Shown piece after piece: positions 1 through 8,799 of a DNA stretch of 64,000 bases (positions are counted from its first letter, which is position 1; every line of letters begins with the position of its first letter). The DNA is from an uncultured Verrucomicrobiota bacterium. Lineage in GTDB: Bacteria > Verrucomicrobiota > Kiritimatiellia > JAAZAB01. The notes under the pieces are model-generated. The model was given only the letters and a program-made list of their open reading frames with translations. It did not search any database and was not told the origin of the DNA. The stretch lies in assembly GCA_964650945.1 (NCBI GenBank), contig CAZYXU010000003.1:1754-65753 (forward strand). Direction: 5' to 3'. The translations under genes and the position numbers were made by a program.

Positions 1-318
1 CGCAGGTGTAAGGCGACAACTTCCGGCAGCAGCAGGATATCGCAGTCCAGCATGAGCAGGTAGTCGCCGGCGGCCTGGCGGATGGCATTGTTGCGCGCCG
101 CCGCCAGCCGGTAACCCTGGTCCGGCTGCCAGACGTAGCGCACCGGGAAGGGCAGCCCGGCAAAGGCGGCTTGCATTTGCGCCGCATTTTCCGGGTTGGA
201 GCCGTCGTCCGCCACCACGGCTTCATCAACCAGCGCGCGGTTGCCGGCCAGCGCCTGGAGACAGGCCGCCAGCATGGCCGGCCGGTTATAAACGGTGATG
301 ATGGCGCTGGTTTTCACT
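1..318 (-). CDS. Family 2 glycosyltransferase (GT2), N-terminal part; the C-terminus lies beyond the window edge
   Basis: Reverse-strand translation from GTG at 318 gives VKTSAIITVYNRPAMLAACLQAL...VADDGS...QPDQGYRLAAARNNAI...LMLDCD. These are the canonical GT2 N-terminal motifs (TVYN, DDGS, DxD-like). Not in the ORF track because it runs off the window edge. Confidence 0.7.
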
Positions 319-373
319 TGAAAGAATCTCTGACTGCCGAACACTGAACACCGAACACTTTCCGGCAAGCGGC
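319..373. repeat. Short copy of the intergenic heptamer repeat family (…TCTGACTGCCGAACACTGAACACCGAACACT…)
   Basis: CCGAACACTGAACACCGAACACT is preceded by an AGAATCTCTGACT module. The same modules recur at 8800–9111, 11828–11960, 29300–29384, 35340–35410 and 40850–41160. Confidence 0.5.
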
Positions 374-2110
374 TTAACCCGCGGGTTTGCCCAGGTCCCA
401 CTGCCGCGGGGTGAGTTGTTTGGCGGTGGCGAACCGCCAGTTTTGGCCGGCGCATGTCAGGCTGGCCGTTTCGGGTTCGATCCGCAGCGCCAGCGGCGCG
501 CCGGGATGGCGGGCGTGCAGGCAATTGGCCAGCATCAGGGCTTTTTCCACGCCGTCGCCCCGGCCGAAATTCCAGACCTCGTCCGGCTGCGCCAGGCGGC
601 CGGGTTCGTCATAGATGGATGCGTCCGGCATGGCGGCCGCCTGCGCGGCAATGGCCGCGTCGGTCATTTTTTCCGTGGCCCCCAAAACCACCGGGTTGCG
701 TTCCAGGGCGGCCAGCAGAAACGGCCGGTCATCCGCCCGGTTCAAATCGCGGTAGGCGTAAAATGCCAGGTCCACGGCAGGATGATCGGGGCGGAGGACT
801 TGCAGCCGCGTCTGTAATTCCGCCCGGGTCATGTCCGGATGCAGTTCCAGGGGGGGGCGGGGCGGGGCGGGTTGCTTGGCGGCCAGGTCGGGCAGGCGCG
901 GGACCACGTGGCAGAACTTGATCAGGCTTTCGATGGCGACGGCGGCATTGAGGCAGTCCGAGGCAAAACGCCGGCGCAAATGATCCAGGTCGTCCGGGCG
1001 GTTAAAGTCGAATTTGCGGGCGCGCACAAAATCCTCCAGGTCGTTCAGGATGATGCGGCCCGGCAGCGGCTGGGGTTGAAACTCCTCCGTATCCATTTCC
1101 GCCAGCAGTCGGTCGCGGGTGGCGTCGGTCAGGCGCGCCGGGGAGTCTTGCTCGTAGATGAAGGCCCGGTCGAGGGCGATGTAATGATCCAGGCCGTGGA
1201 GCGGGCGGCGCAGTTGAAAGCATTTTTGAAATTCCCGGCTGTGCCGCAGGAAGTTGCCGAGAATTTCGACATTCAAGTCCGTGCGCAGAAAATCGCTCAG
1301 TCGGCCGGCGAAACGCGTGTAAGCCGCCGGCTCGATCGTGGCGGTCTGGAAGAGGGTGTGGATGTAACCGGTGGCGTGGGCCACGATGGTCACCCGCTCG
1401 TGTTCCAGGGCCCGGCGGGCCTGGGCGGAAAGCGCGCTGCCGTTGAACCACATGGTCTTGGTTACCAGCCGGCGGTTGTTGGTGAGAATGCCGTCATCCA
1501 AGTCCACGAAATTCTGGGAATGCAGCGGCGTGGCCAGCAGGAAGATGTTTTCCAGCGGGATGCGGCAGACGATGAACATGGCCGCGGCATACAGCACGGC
1601 CAGGGAGACGCATTCGCCCGCGCCGGTCTGGAAGCCTGGCCGGTGGCCAAAGGCGTCCATGGCCTCGACAGTCTCGGTCTTCCAGTAGGGGATCACGTCG
1701 CCATCATACTGGTCCAGCCCGAAGTGGGAGCGGATGTCGATGTCGAAGTAGTATTTATCGCCCTCGTAACCGAAGAGGGCGTTGGACTGGCGCAGGGCGT
1801 CGGGGTCCAGGAAATCGCGGAAACGCGCGATTTCGCGGGCCTTGGTGGTCAGGCCCCAGGTGTTCAGGTCCAGGTTGAAGGCATAATGGTCCATGATAAA
1901 CTGTTTGAGGCGCTGCAGCCGGCGCGCGGGCTTCAGGCGCGCCAGGTTTTTGAACCAGGGGTCATCCCGCCAGCGCCAGATGCGGGGCGACATGAGGTTG
2001 GCCAGCAGCAGGCTGTAAATCAGTTCGGGGAAGATGAAGACTTCCATGTCCGACAGCGTGATGGCTGACGACTGGCGCTGCAAATCATAGGCGGCGGTGG
2101 TTGTAGTCAT
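374..2110 (-). CDS. Hypothetical 578-aa protein, possibly with a transglutaminase-like Cys-His-Asp core
   Basis: Long ORF with a coding-like third-position GC skew. The segment GAGECVSLAVLYAAAMFIVCRIP...HSQNFVDLDDG resembles the G-x-C...GIP...H...D pattern of transglutaminase-like cysteine peptidase domains. The call is weak. It lies immediately upstream, on the same strand, of the GT2 gene. Confidence 0.45.
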   Translation of the reverse strand: MTTTTAAYDLQRQSSAITLSDMEVFIFPELIYSLLLANLMSPRIWRWRDDPWFKNLARLKPARRLQRLKQFIMDHYAFNLDLNTWGLTTKAREIARFRDFLDPDALRQSNALFGYEGDKYYFDIDIRSHFGLDQYDGDVIPYWKTETVEAMDAFGHRPGFQTGAGECVSLAVLYAAAMFIVCRIPLENIFLLATPLHSQNFVDLDDGILTNNRRLVTKTMWFNGSALSAQARRALEHERVTIVAHATGYIHTLFQTATIEPAAYTRFAGRLSDFLRTDLNVEILGNFLRHSREFQKCFQLRRPLHGLDHYIALDRAFIYEQDSPARLTDATRDRLLAEMDTEEFQPQPLPGRIILNDLEDFVRARKFDFNRPDDLDHLRRRFASDCLNAAVAIESLIKFCHVVPRLPDLAAKQPAPPRPPLELHPDMTRAELQTRLQVLRPDHPAVDLAFYAYRDLNRADDRPFLLAALERNPVVLGATEKMTDAAIAAQAAAMPDASIYDEPGRLAQPDEVWNFGRGDGVEKALMLANCLHARHPGAPLALRIEPETASLTCAGQNWRFATAKQLTPRQWDLGKPAG

Positions 2111-2158
2111 GCGGGTTCAGGGTGAATTTTCGAAGGCGCCAGGCGTCGGTGGCCGGCC

Positions 2159-3499
2159 TTAGCCGCCGCGCCCGGGCTCCCGGCGCCGGTCGAGTACGCG
2201 GCGGGCTTTGCCCAGCGAGCGCTCCAGGGTTTGGGGTTTGACCAGTTCCACGTTGACGTGGATGCCGGTGATGGAATAAATTTCGTGGGCAATGCCGCGG
2301 CGGAGCTTGTCCAGCGCCGCGAAGCTGTCGGTGAATTTTTCCGGACGCATTTCCACCCGCACGGTGATTTCATCCAGGTTCCCCGGGCGGTCCACCTCGA
2401 TCAGGTAATGCGGCGCCGTGCCGTCCACCCGGAGCAGGGCCTCCTCGATCTGCGACGGGAAGACGTTCACCCCGCGGATGATCAGCATGTCGTCGGAGCG
2501 GCCGATGATCCGGCCCATGCGCGTGCCGGTCCGCCCGCAGGCGCAGGGGGTGTCGTCGAGGCGGGTGATATCGCGGGTGCGGTAGCGCAACAGGGGCATG
2601 GCCTGCTTGGTCAGCGGGGTGATGACCAGTTCGCCCGCCGCGCCGGCCGGCACGGGCTCGAGGGTGTCGGGGTCCAGGCATTCCACCAGGAAATGATCCT
2701 CCTGGAGATGCATGCCGGCGCGCCGGCAGCATTCGCCGCTGACGCCGGGTCCCAGGACCTCGCTCAGGCCGTAATTGTTGAACGCCTGCAGGCCGAGTTC
2801 CATTTCGATCCGCCCGCGCATGTCTTCCGTCCAGGGTTCGCCGCCGAAATGGCCGTAACGCAGGCGCAGCGTGCGCGGGTCCAGCCCCTCCTGTACGGCC
2901 ACTTCGGCGATGTTCAGGGCGTAGCTGGGAGTGCAGATCAGCACGTCCGCCTGGAGGTCCGCCAGCAGCATCACCTGGCGCTGGGTGTTGCCGGCCGACA
3001 CCGGCAGCACGGCGGCGCCGACTTTTTCCACGCCGTAATGCAGGCCGAAGCCGCCGGTGAAAAGGCCGTAGCCGAAGGCGATATGCACCAGGTGTTCCGG
3101 GCGCAACCCGCCGGCCACCAGGAAACGGGCGCAGAGATTGGCCCAGTTGTCCAGATCCTCGGCGGTGTAGGCGACAATGGTCGGCTTGCCGGTAGTGCCC
3201 GAAGAGCCGTGCAGCCGCGCCAGTTTTTCGCGCGGCACGGCCAGCAGGCCGAAGGGGTAGGCGCGGCGCAAGTCTTCCTTGGTGGTGAATGGCAGGCGGC
3301 GCAGATCGTCCAGGGAACGCAGCGAGGCGGCGCTTACCCGGGCGGCGGCCAATGCGTCGCGGTAAAACGGCACCTGGCCGACGCGCGCCACGCAGTCGCG
3401 CAGCCGGCGCAATTGCAGTTCGCGCAACTGGCCGCGGGGCATGACTTCGTCCATGGACCACAGGCGGTTTTCAAAATTGTTATCCTGGGTGGCTGGCAT
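2159..3499 (-). CDS. paaK: Phenylacetate-CoA ligase (PaaK family, AMP-forming), paralog 1
   Basis: Motifs SSGTTGKPT (AMP-binding P-loop), YGLSE, and C-terminal GRSDDM..IRGVNVFPSQIE are typical of the PaaK/coenzyme F390 synthetase family. The start was moved to the internal Met (MPATQDNNF), which gives ~446 aa as expected for the family. Confidence 0.85.
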   Translation of the reverse strand: MPATQDNNFENRLWSMDEVMPRGQLRELQLRRLRDCVARVGQVPFYRDALAAARVSAASLRSLDDLRRLPFTTKEDLRRAYPFGLLAVPREKLARLHGSSGTTGKPTIVAYTAEDLDNWANLCARFLVAGGLRPEHLVHIAFGYGLFTGGFGLHYGVEKVGAAVLPVSAGNTQRQVMLLADLQADVLICTPSYALNIAEVAVQEGLDPRTLRLRYGHFGGEPWTEDMRGRIEMELGLQAFNNYGLSEVLGPGVSGECCRRAGMHLQEDHFLVECLDPDTLEPVPAGAAGELVITPLTKQAMPLLRYRTRDITRLDDTPCACGRTGTRMGRIIGRSDDMLIIRGVNVFPSQIEEALLRVDGTAPHYLIEVDRPGNLDEITVRVEMRPEKFTDSFAALDKLRRGIAHEIYSITGIHVNVELVKPQTLERSLGKARRVLDRRREPGRGG

Positions 3500-3512
3500 T
3501 ATGCGGTTCTTT

Positions 3513-3953
3513 TCAATGCGCGGACAGCCGGGCGAGTTCGGCGGAATCCAAAACCCCCACGCCGCCGTCGCGCAGGGCGTCCAGCGCAGCGTCCACATCC
3601 TCGAAGCGGAACACAATCACCGCCTTGTTGCCCCGGCCGAAGGCGAAGGCGTACATGTATTCGATGTTGATGCGGGCCTGGTCCAGCACCGCCACCACCT
3701 CCGCCAGCCCGCCCGGGCGGTCCGGCACTTCCAGGGCCAGCACTTCGGTCACCTTGACCACGCAACCGGCCTGCTCCAGCAAATCGCGCGCGCGCTCCCA
3801 TTCCCCGACCACCAGGCGCAGGATGCCGAACTGCTGGGTGTCGGCCAGGGCCATGGTAATGATATTTACCTTGGCGTCGGCCAGCGCCTTACAGGGGATG
3901 GAAAGTTGGCCGGGTTTGTTTTCCAGAAATACCGATAATTGCTTGATCTTCAT
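3513..3953 (-). CDS. ACT-domain protein (tandem ACT domains), the PaaK-associated type
   Basis: MKIKQLSVFLENKPGQL...EVLALEVPDRPGGLAEV shows two ACT-like beta-alpha-beta-beta-alpha-beta signatures. A strong RBS (AAAAGAGGGGG) sits 6 nt before ATG 3953. The gene lies between the two paaK paralogs. Confidence 0.75.
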   Translation of the reverse strand: MKIKQLSVFLENKPGQLSIPCKALADAKVNIITMALADTQQFGILRLVVGEWERARDLLEQAGCVVKVTEVLALEVPDRPGGLAEVVAVLDQARINIEYMYAFAFGRGNKAVIVFRFEDVDAALDALRDGGVGVLDSAELARLSAH

Positions 3954-4032
3954 CGCGCCCCCTCTTTTGGTTGCCATTCCGCCTTCCGCTTTTCCGTTTG
4001 CCGGCCGCCGCCACCCCCGGGTCCGGGCCGGC

Positions 4033-5361
4033 TCAACCGGCGCCGCGCTGGTCCAGCACGCGCTTGGCCTTGCCCTCGCTGCGCGGGATGGTGTGCGGCT
4101 CCACCAGCCGCACTTCCACCCGGATGTTCAAAACCTGTTCCAGCGCCTTGATCAGCTTGCGCCGCAGGGTTTCGAGCGCGCCGATGCGGTCGCTGAAAAT
4201 TTCCGGGGTGACCTCCACCTGGACCTCCATGCGGTCCAGCCCTTTTTCCCGCGTCAGCGCGATCTGGTAGTGCGGCAGTGTGCCGTCGAGCGTCAAGAGC
4301 GCCGTTTCGACCTGCGACGGGAAAACGTTGATGCCCCGGATGATGAACATGTCGTCGCTGCGGCGCGAGATGCGGCGGATGCGGCGGATGGTGCGGCCGC
4401 AGGCGCAGGTTTCGGGGATGATGGCGGTGATGTCGCGCGTGCGGTAGCGGATCATGGGCATCGCCTGCTTGCTCAAGGTGGTCAGCACCAGTTCGCCCTC
4501 CTGCCCGTCCGGCAGCGCCAGGCCGTTTTCGGGATCAACGATTTCCGGGTAGAAATGGTCTTCGAAAATGTGCAGGCCGTTGTGTTGCGCGCATTCGATG
4601 CCCACGCCGGGCCCGATGATTTCCGAAAGGCCGTAAATGTCATGCGCGCGGATGCCGGTCATGTTTTCAATGCGCTGGCGCATGGCTTCCGTCCAGGGCT
4701 CGGCGCCGAAGACGCCCACCCGCAGCGGCAGTTCGCGCAGCTTGACGCCCTGCTCCTCGGCGCGCTCCGCCAGGTGCAGGAAATAACTGGGCGTGCAGCA
4801 GATGGCCGTGACGCCGAAATCCTTGAGCACCATGATCTGGCGGTCGGTGTTACCGCCGGAAATGGGAATCACCGTGGCGCCCAGGGCCTCGGCGCCGTAA
4901 TGCGCGCCCAGGCCGCCGGTGAACAGGCCGTAGCCGTAGGCGTTTTGCACCACATCGCCTGCATGCAGTCCGCAGGCGGCGAAGGAACGCAGCATGACGC
5001 TGCTCCAGACCTCCACATCCGCGCGGGTATAGCCCACGACAATCGGCTTGCCGGTGGTGCCGCTGGAGGCGTGCAGGCGGACGATCTCCTGCATCGGGCT
5101 GGCAAACAGCCCGAACGGATAGTGATCCCGTAAATCCGTTTTCACCATGAACGGCAATTGCGCAATGTCAACCAGCGAACGCAAATCCGCCGGCGTCAGT
5201 TTGAGGGCCTGCAGGCGCTCCCGGAAGTGGGGGACATGCTGGTACGCCCGCTCCACGATCTGCCGCAGCCGGGCCAATTGCAGGTTACGCAATTGCGGGA
5301 TCGGCAGAAAATCGGGAGCGCTGGCCGGGTGGAATTTTTCCTCGCTGGAATGGATTTGCAT
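4033..5361 (-). CDS. paaK: Phenylacetate-CoA ligase (PaaK family), paralog 2
   Basis: SSGTTGKPIVVGYT, YGLSEIIGPGV and GRSDDMFIIRGINVFPSQVE motifs. It shares ~50% identity by eye with paralog 1. The start was moved to MQIHSSEEKF, which has an AAAGGA RBS. Confidence 0.85.
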   Translation of the reverse strand: MQIHSSEEKFHPASAPDFLPIPQLRNLQLARLRQIVERAYQHVPHFRERLQALKLTPADLRSLVDIAQLPFMVKTDLRDHYPFGLFASPMQEIVRLHASSGTTGKPIVVGYTRADVEVWSSVMLRSFAACGLHAGDVVQNAYGYGLFTGGLGAHYGAEALGATVIPISGGNTDRQIMVLKDFGVTAICCTPSYFLHLAERAEEQGVKLRELPLRVGVFGAEPWTEAMRQRIENMTGIRAHDIYGLSEIIGPGVGIECAQHNGLHIFEDHFYPEIVDPENGLALPDGQEGELVLTTLSKQAMPMIRYRTRDITAIIPETCACGRTIRRIRRISRRSDDMFIIRGINVFPSQVETALLTLDGTLPHYQIALTREKGLDRMEVQVEVTPEIFSDRIGALETLRRKLIKALEQVLNIRVEVRLVEPHTIPRSEGKAKRVLDQRGAG

Positions 5362-5525
5362 GCGCGCTGTCCTTTCGCCATACGGCGCCGCGGCGCCGCT
5401 TTTACGATGCCGGTTTGCCGCGCCGGCGGCAGAAATAACCGGATACGCGCCATTATAGCGCCGCCGCCCCAAAAATCCATTTTTTTATTCTTGGCGTCCG
5501 GTGATTTTTCAGGTATGTATACGGT

Positions 5526-6587
5526 ATGCAGGAAGTTAACCAGTTGAATCCGCCCCCGCTCCCGGAAGCACTGCCGGCCGCCCGCGCGCCGCGCCGCGCG
5601 GGCTGCTGGCTGGCGGTCATCCTGCTGGCGGTCCTGCTGCTGCTGAGCGCTTTTGCCAACCTGGCGTTGCTGCTGGGATTGTTTTTTGCCGGCGGACCGA
5701 TCGCCGACGGCTCGCCGGCCGCCGACGAATTCCCGGAATTCCAGGAAATCTGGTCCTATGGCGACGGCGACGTCAAGGCGGTCCGCCTGGCCTTGAACGG
5801 AGTCATCGCCCGGGAGGCCGACGGCGGTTTCTGGGATGAAGGCTTGGATCCCACGGCGGAGTTGCTGCTGCAAATCCGCGCCGCCCGCCAGGACGGCCAG
5901 GTGCGGGCCATCATCCTCGAAGTGGACTCCCCCGGCGGAGTGATGACGCCAACCGACGAGATTTACCGCGAATTGCAGGAATTCCGCGCCTCGGCGGACG
6001 ACCGCCGGGTGGTGGTGCTGGTCCGCGACCTGGCCGCTTCCGGGGCGTATTACATCGCCATGGCCTCGGACTGGATTGTCGCCGAGCCGACCGCCATCGT
6101 CGGCTCGATCGGCGTGATCATGCAAACCTTGAATTGGCAGGAACTGAGCGATAAAATCGGGATCCGCGACGTCACCATTACGGCCGGCGACAACAAGGAT
6201 TTGTTGAATCCGTTCAAGCCGGTGCAGCCGGAACATCTGGACGTCTTTCAGGAAATCCTCGATGAAATGCATGCGCGCTTTATCGCCATCGTCCAGCAAC
6301 GCCTGAAACTGGCGCCAGACGCGCTGGCGCAATTGACCGACGGCCGGGTTTTTTCCGCCAGCCTGGCCGCGGCCTCCGGCATGGTGGACCAGGTGGGTTA
6401 CTGGGAGGACGCGCTGGCCAAGGTCCATGAACTGCTGGGCACCGCGGCGGTGCGCGTGGTGCGCTATGAACAGCCGCGCGGCCTGGCCCGGTTTCTGGCC
6501 CGCTTATCCTTGCCGCTGCCCGCCATCAAATTGCCGGCGGCGCTGCGCGACCGGCATCCGCGCGTTTTGTATCTCTGGACGCCCTGA
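5526..6587 (+). CDS. sppA: Signal peptide peptidase SppA (protease IV, 36K type, S49 family)
   Basis: N-terminal TM anchor, then ...VRAIILEVDSPGG...DLAASGAYYIAMASDWIVAEPTAIVGSIGV... with the ClpP/crotonase-like S49 fold signature and catalytic Ser in the GS(G)AYY context. Confidence 0.8.
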   Translation: MQEVNQLNPPPLPEALPAARAPRRAGCWLAVILLAVLLLLSAFANLALLLGLFFAGGPIADGSPAADEFPEFQEIWSYGDGDVKAVRLALNGVIAREADGGFWDEGLDPTAELLLQIRAARQDGQVRAIILEVDSPGGVMTPTDEIYRELQEFRASADDRRVVVLVRDLAASGAYYIAMASDWIVAEPTAIVGSIGVIMQTLNWQELSDKIGIRDVTITAGDNKDLLNPFKPVQPEHLDVFQEILDEMHARFIAIVQQRLKLAPDALAQLTDGRVFSASLAAASGMVDQVGYWEDALAKVHELLGTAAVRVVRYEQPRGLARFLARLSLPLPAIKLPAALRDRHPRVLYLWTP

Positions 6588-6590
6588 GCC

Positions 6591-7328
6591 ATGATTGAAA
6601 TCATGCTGGCGGAGGTGTTTGTCAAGGCGGCGGTCTTGTGCCTGCTGCTCTACCTGTTCGCCCGCGGGGAAGCGGATTTCAATTTCCGCAAGGTGTCCAT
6701 GGTGACCGCCGGCCTGACGCTGGGCTCGCTCCTGCTGGAAGGTCTGCTCAAGGATCATCTGGGCGTGTTTGTCCTGCTCCCGATCGTCATCCTGACCGTG
6801 CTGATCCTGATGCAGTTCTGCTGGGTTACATGGTGGCAGGCGCTCCTCGTGGCCCTGCCGTTTGTCGGCGTCAGCCTGGGGATGTCGCTGGTGACGGCCG
6901 ACCTGACCGCCAGGTCCGGCGCGGCGTTCACCCGTTCCCTGACCCGCAGCGCCGTCACCCGTGATGATATTGAAGAATTAAAGAAAATGCACGCCGCCAA
7001 CACGGATTTATCGTTTCTGGAAGCGCCGGCCGCGGACGCCGCTCCCGCGGAGCTTCCGGCGGTCGCGCCGGTTGCGGCGCCGGCATCCGCGCCGCCGCCC
7101 GTAACCGTTTCCCGGTTGCCGCCGCCGGCGCGGCCTTCCAGCCGCAGTGGCGATTTCACGCTCAAGGGCATTTCCAAGGGGCCGCGCGGGCGCCTGGCCA
7201 TCATCAACCAGGTCATGCTGGGAGAGGGCGAAACGCTCGATGGGGCGCAGGTGCTGCGGATCGATCAGGACCGCGTGATTTTGCGCCGGGCGGATGAAAT
7301 TATCACGCTGCAAATGGGCGGGGATTAA
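6591..7328 (+). CDS. Hypothetical membrane protein (3–4 TM helices plus a Pro/Ala-rich linker and a small C-terminal domain)
   Basis: Only 4 nt separate its start from the sppA stop. It has hydrophobic helices, a PAPAS-rich linker, and a C-terminal GxLxGQxVLRIDQDRVILR-like beta motif. No confident family assignment. Confidence 0.5.
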   Translation: MIEIMLAEVFVKAAVLCLLLYLFARGEADFNFRKVSMVTAGLTLGSLLLEGLLKDHLGVFVLLPIVILTVLILMQFCWVTWWQALLVALPFVGVSLGMSLVTADLTARSGAAFTRSLTRSAVTRDDIEELKKMHAANTDLSFLEAPAADAAPAELPAVAPVAAPASAPPPVTVSRLPPPARPSSRSGDFTLKGISKGPRGRLAIINQVMLGEGETLDGAQVLRIDQDRVILRRADEIITLQMGGD

Positions 7329-7387
7329 CCGCCTGAATTTTGCTTGTCAATTCAATGCCAAGCTGCGCGCAGAATTCGGGCTCCGGC

Positions 7388-7912
7388 TTATTCGCCGTCA
7401 ACCGCCGCCGGGCCGCTGTCGCTGTCGCCGTTTTTTGCCCGGCGCTCCGGCCGCCGTTGCCGGCCGTTGCCGGCATGGCGTTTTTGCATGGCTTGGCGCA
7501 ACTGCTGCCAGCGCGCCTGTTGTTCCGGCGTCAGCACGCCGCGGATGGCCAGGCGCGCCTGGGTTTGTTGCCGGGTAATTTCCGCGTGGAGCTTGGCCAG
7601 GCGCTCGCCGGCGGCCATGATCGCCTGTTCATCCGCGTCCGCGTCCGCGAACAGGTTTTCCAACTCGCTTTTGGCTTGAACCCGCGCGTTGTGCAGCGCC
7701 ATCAGTTTTTCGCGGTTGGCCTGTGTCTGTTGCTGCAAGGCGGCGGCCTGCGTGGGGCTGAGCTCGAGCGCCTTGGTCAGATGCTGCAACCTGGGCCGGC
7801 TGGATTCGCCGGCGCCGTCGGCGGGCCGGGGTTCGCCGGCCCAAAGCTCCGCCGCCAGCATGCCGGCCGCGATGGCCGCTGTTACTTGAAGTTTGCCGCC
7901 TGGCATTTTCAT
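7388..7912 (-). CDS. Periplasmic LTXXQ-motif protein (CpxP/Spy family stress chaperone-like)
   Basis: Signal peptide MKMPGGKLQVTAAIAAGMLAA. Two LTxxQ-type motifs are present (LSPTQAAALQQ and LTPEQQARWQQL) in helical, Gln/Arg-rich sequence. A GGGAG RBS precedes ATG 7912. The longer ORF starting at 7945 is rejected. Confidence 0.6.
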   Translation of the reverse strand: MKMPGGKLQVTAAIAAGMLAAELWAGEPRPADGAGESSRPRLQHLTKALELSPTQAAALQQQTQANREKLMALHNARVQAKSELENLFADADADEQAIMAAGERLAKLHAEITRQQTQARLAIRGVLTPEQQARWQQLRQAMQKRHAGNGRQRRPERRAKNGDSDSGPAAVDGE

Positions 7913-7987
7913 AATTATGACTCCCGAGAATGAATCCTTCATCAAGGTTAACGTGATGCGGCTGGTTTTATTGCATCCGCAAATTCA

Positions 7988-8015
7988 TTGACACGCCCGG
8001 GCTGGTTGTTAGAAT
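7988..8015 (+). promoter_or_regulatory. Sigma70-like promoter candidate (TTGACA-16-TAGAAT) upstream of the GNAT gene
   Basis: TTGACAcgcccgggctggttgtTAGAAT read directly from the sequence. The spacing is appropriate, and it sits ~105 nt upstream of ATG 8122. Confidence 0.3.
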
Positions 8016-8121
8016 CATACCGGAAATCGGCGGCGGACGGCGCGACTCGCCGCGGACACCGGCGTCTGCCGGAATAAGCGCCCGGCCGTACAGGCGCAGG
8101 CGGCCGGCCACCTGGTTTGTT

Positions 8122-8799
8122 ATGATGGTTATCCGTCCATATCAGTCCGCCGACCGCCCGGCGGTGCGCCGGATTTGTTGCGATACCGCGGATGCCGGCC
8201 GGCCGGTGGAAGCGTTTTTCAGCGATCGGGAACTGTTTGCCGACCTGCTGACGCGCTATTATACCGATTTTGAGCCGCAATCGCTGTGGGTGGCGGCGCC
8301 GGCCGGCCGGGCCGCCGGCTATCTGGCCGGAACCATGGATACGCGCCGGGCGCAGCGGATCATGGCGCGCCGGGTCTGGCCGGCGGCCGTCGGGCGGGCG
8401 CTATGCCGGGGCGCGCTGGGGAATGTTGCGCTCTGGCGTCTGGCATGGCGGAACCGGCGCCTGCACGCGGGGGCGCAACGGGCGGCGATCGTGGATTTGC
8501 AGGCATACCCGGCGCACCTGCATGTCAATCTTGACGCGGCGGCGCGCGGATGCGGGGCGGGCCGCCGCTTGTTGGCGGCGTTTGTTGACCAGGCGCGCGG
8601 CGCCGGCGTCCCCGGGCTGCATGCCTGGGTGCGGGCGGACAATGCCGCCGGCTTGCGGTTTTTCGCGGCCGCGGGCTTCCAGGAGCTGGGCCGCTGCCCG
8701 CTGCTGCGGCGGGAGGACGGGAATTTGTTGTATACGGTGGGGCTTGGTCTGGAGTTAACGGAACGGAATTATGCGTTGCTTTCAAAAGCCAGCTTTTGA
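8122..8799 (+). CDS. GNAT-family N-acetyltransferase
   Basis: An acetyl-CoA binding-like region HVNLDAAARGCGAGRRLLAAFVDQARGAG (R/Q-x-x-G-x-G/A motif) with overall GNAT topology. Confidence 0.7.
   Translation: MMVIRPYQSADRPAVRRICCDTADAGRPVEAFFSDRELFADLLTRYYTDFEPQSLWVAAPAGRAAGYLAGTMDTRRAQRIMARRVWPAAVGRALCRGALGNVALWRLAWRNRRLHAGAQRAAIVDLQAYPAHLHVNLDAAARGCGAGRRLLAAFVDQARGAGVPGLHAWVRADNAAGLRFFAAAGFQELGRCPLLRREDGNLLYTVGLGLELTERNYALLSKASF

Noticed and set aside
839-2068. Many long ORFs antisense to, or overlapping, the called genes. Examples: 839–2068(+), 2231–3670(+), 3625–5133(+), 5196–6428(-), 10223–11395(-), 12087–13418(-), 14938–17052(+), 19677–20942(+), 30092–32188(-), 33251–34375(+), 57845–58957(+), 60573–63614(+).
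   Set aside because: In ~65% GC DNA, stop codons are rare in all frames. These ORFs translate to Arg/Ala/Gly/Pro-rich low-complexity sequence with no motifs, while the opposite-strand genes have clear family signatures.
7294-7945. Plus-strand ORFs 7294–7578 and 7340–7933 as the gene at this locus
   Set aside because: The minus-strand frame gives a signal peptide plus two LTXXQ motifs and a GGGAG RBS. The plus-strand frames are Arg/Ala-rich with no features.
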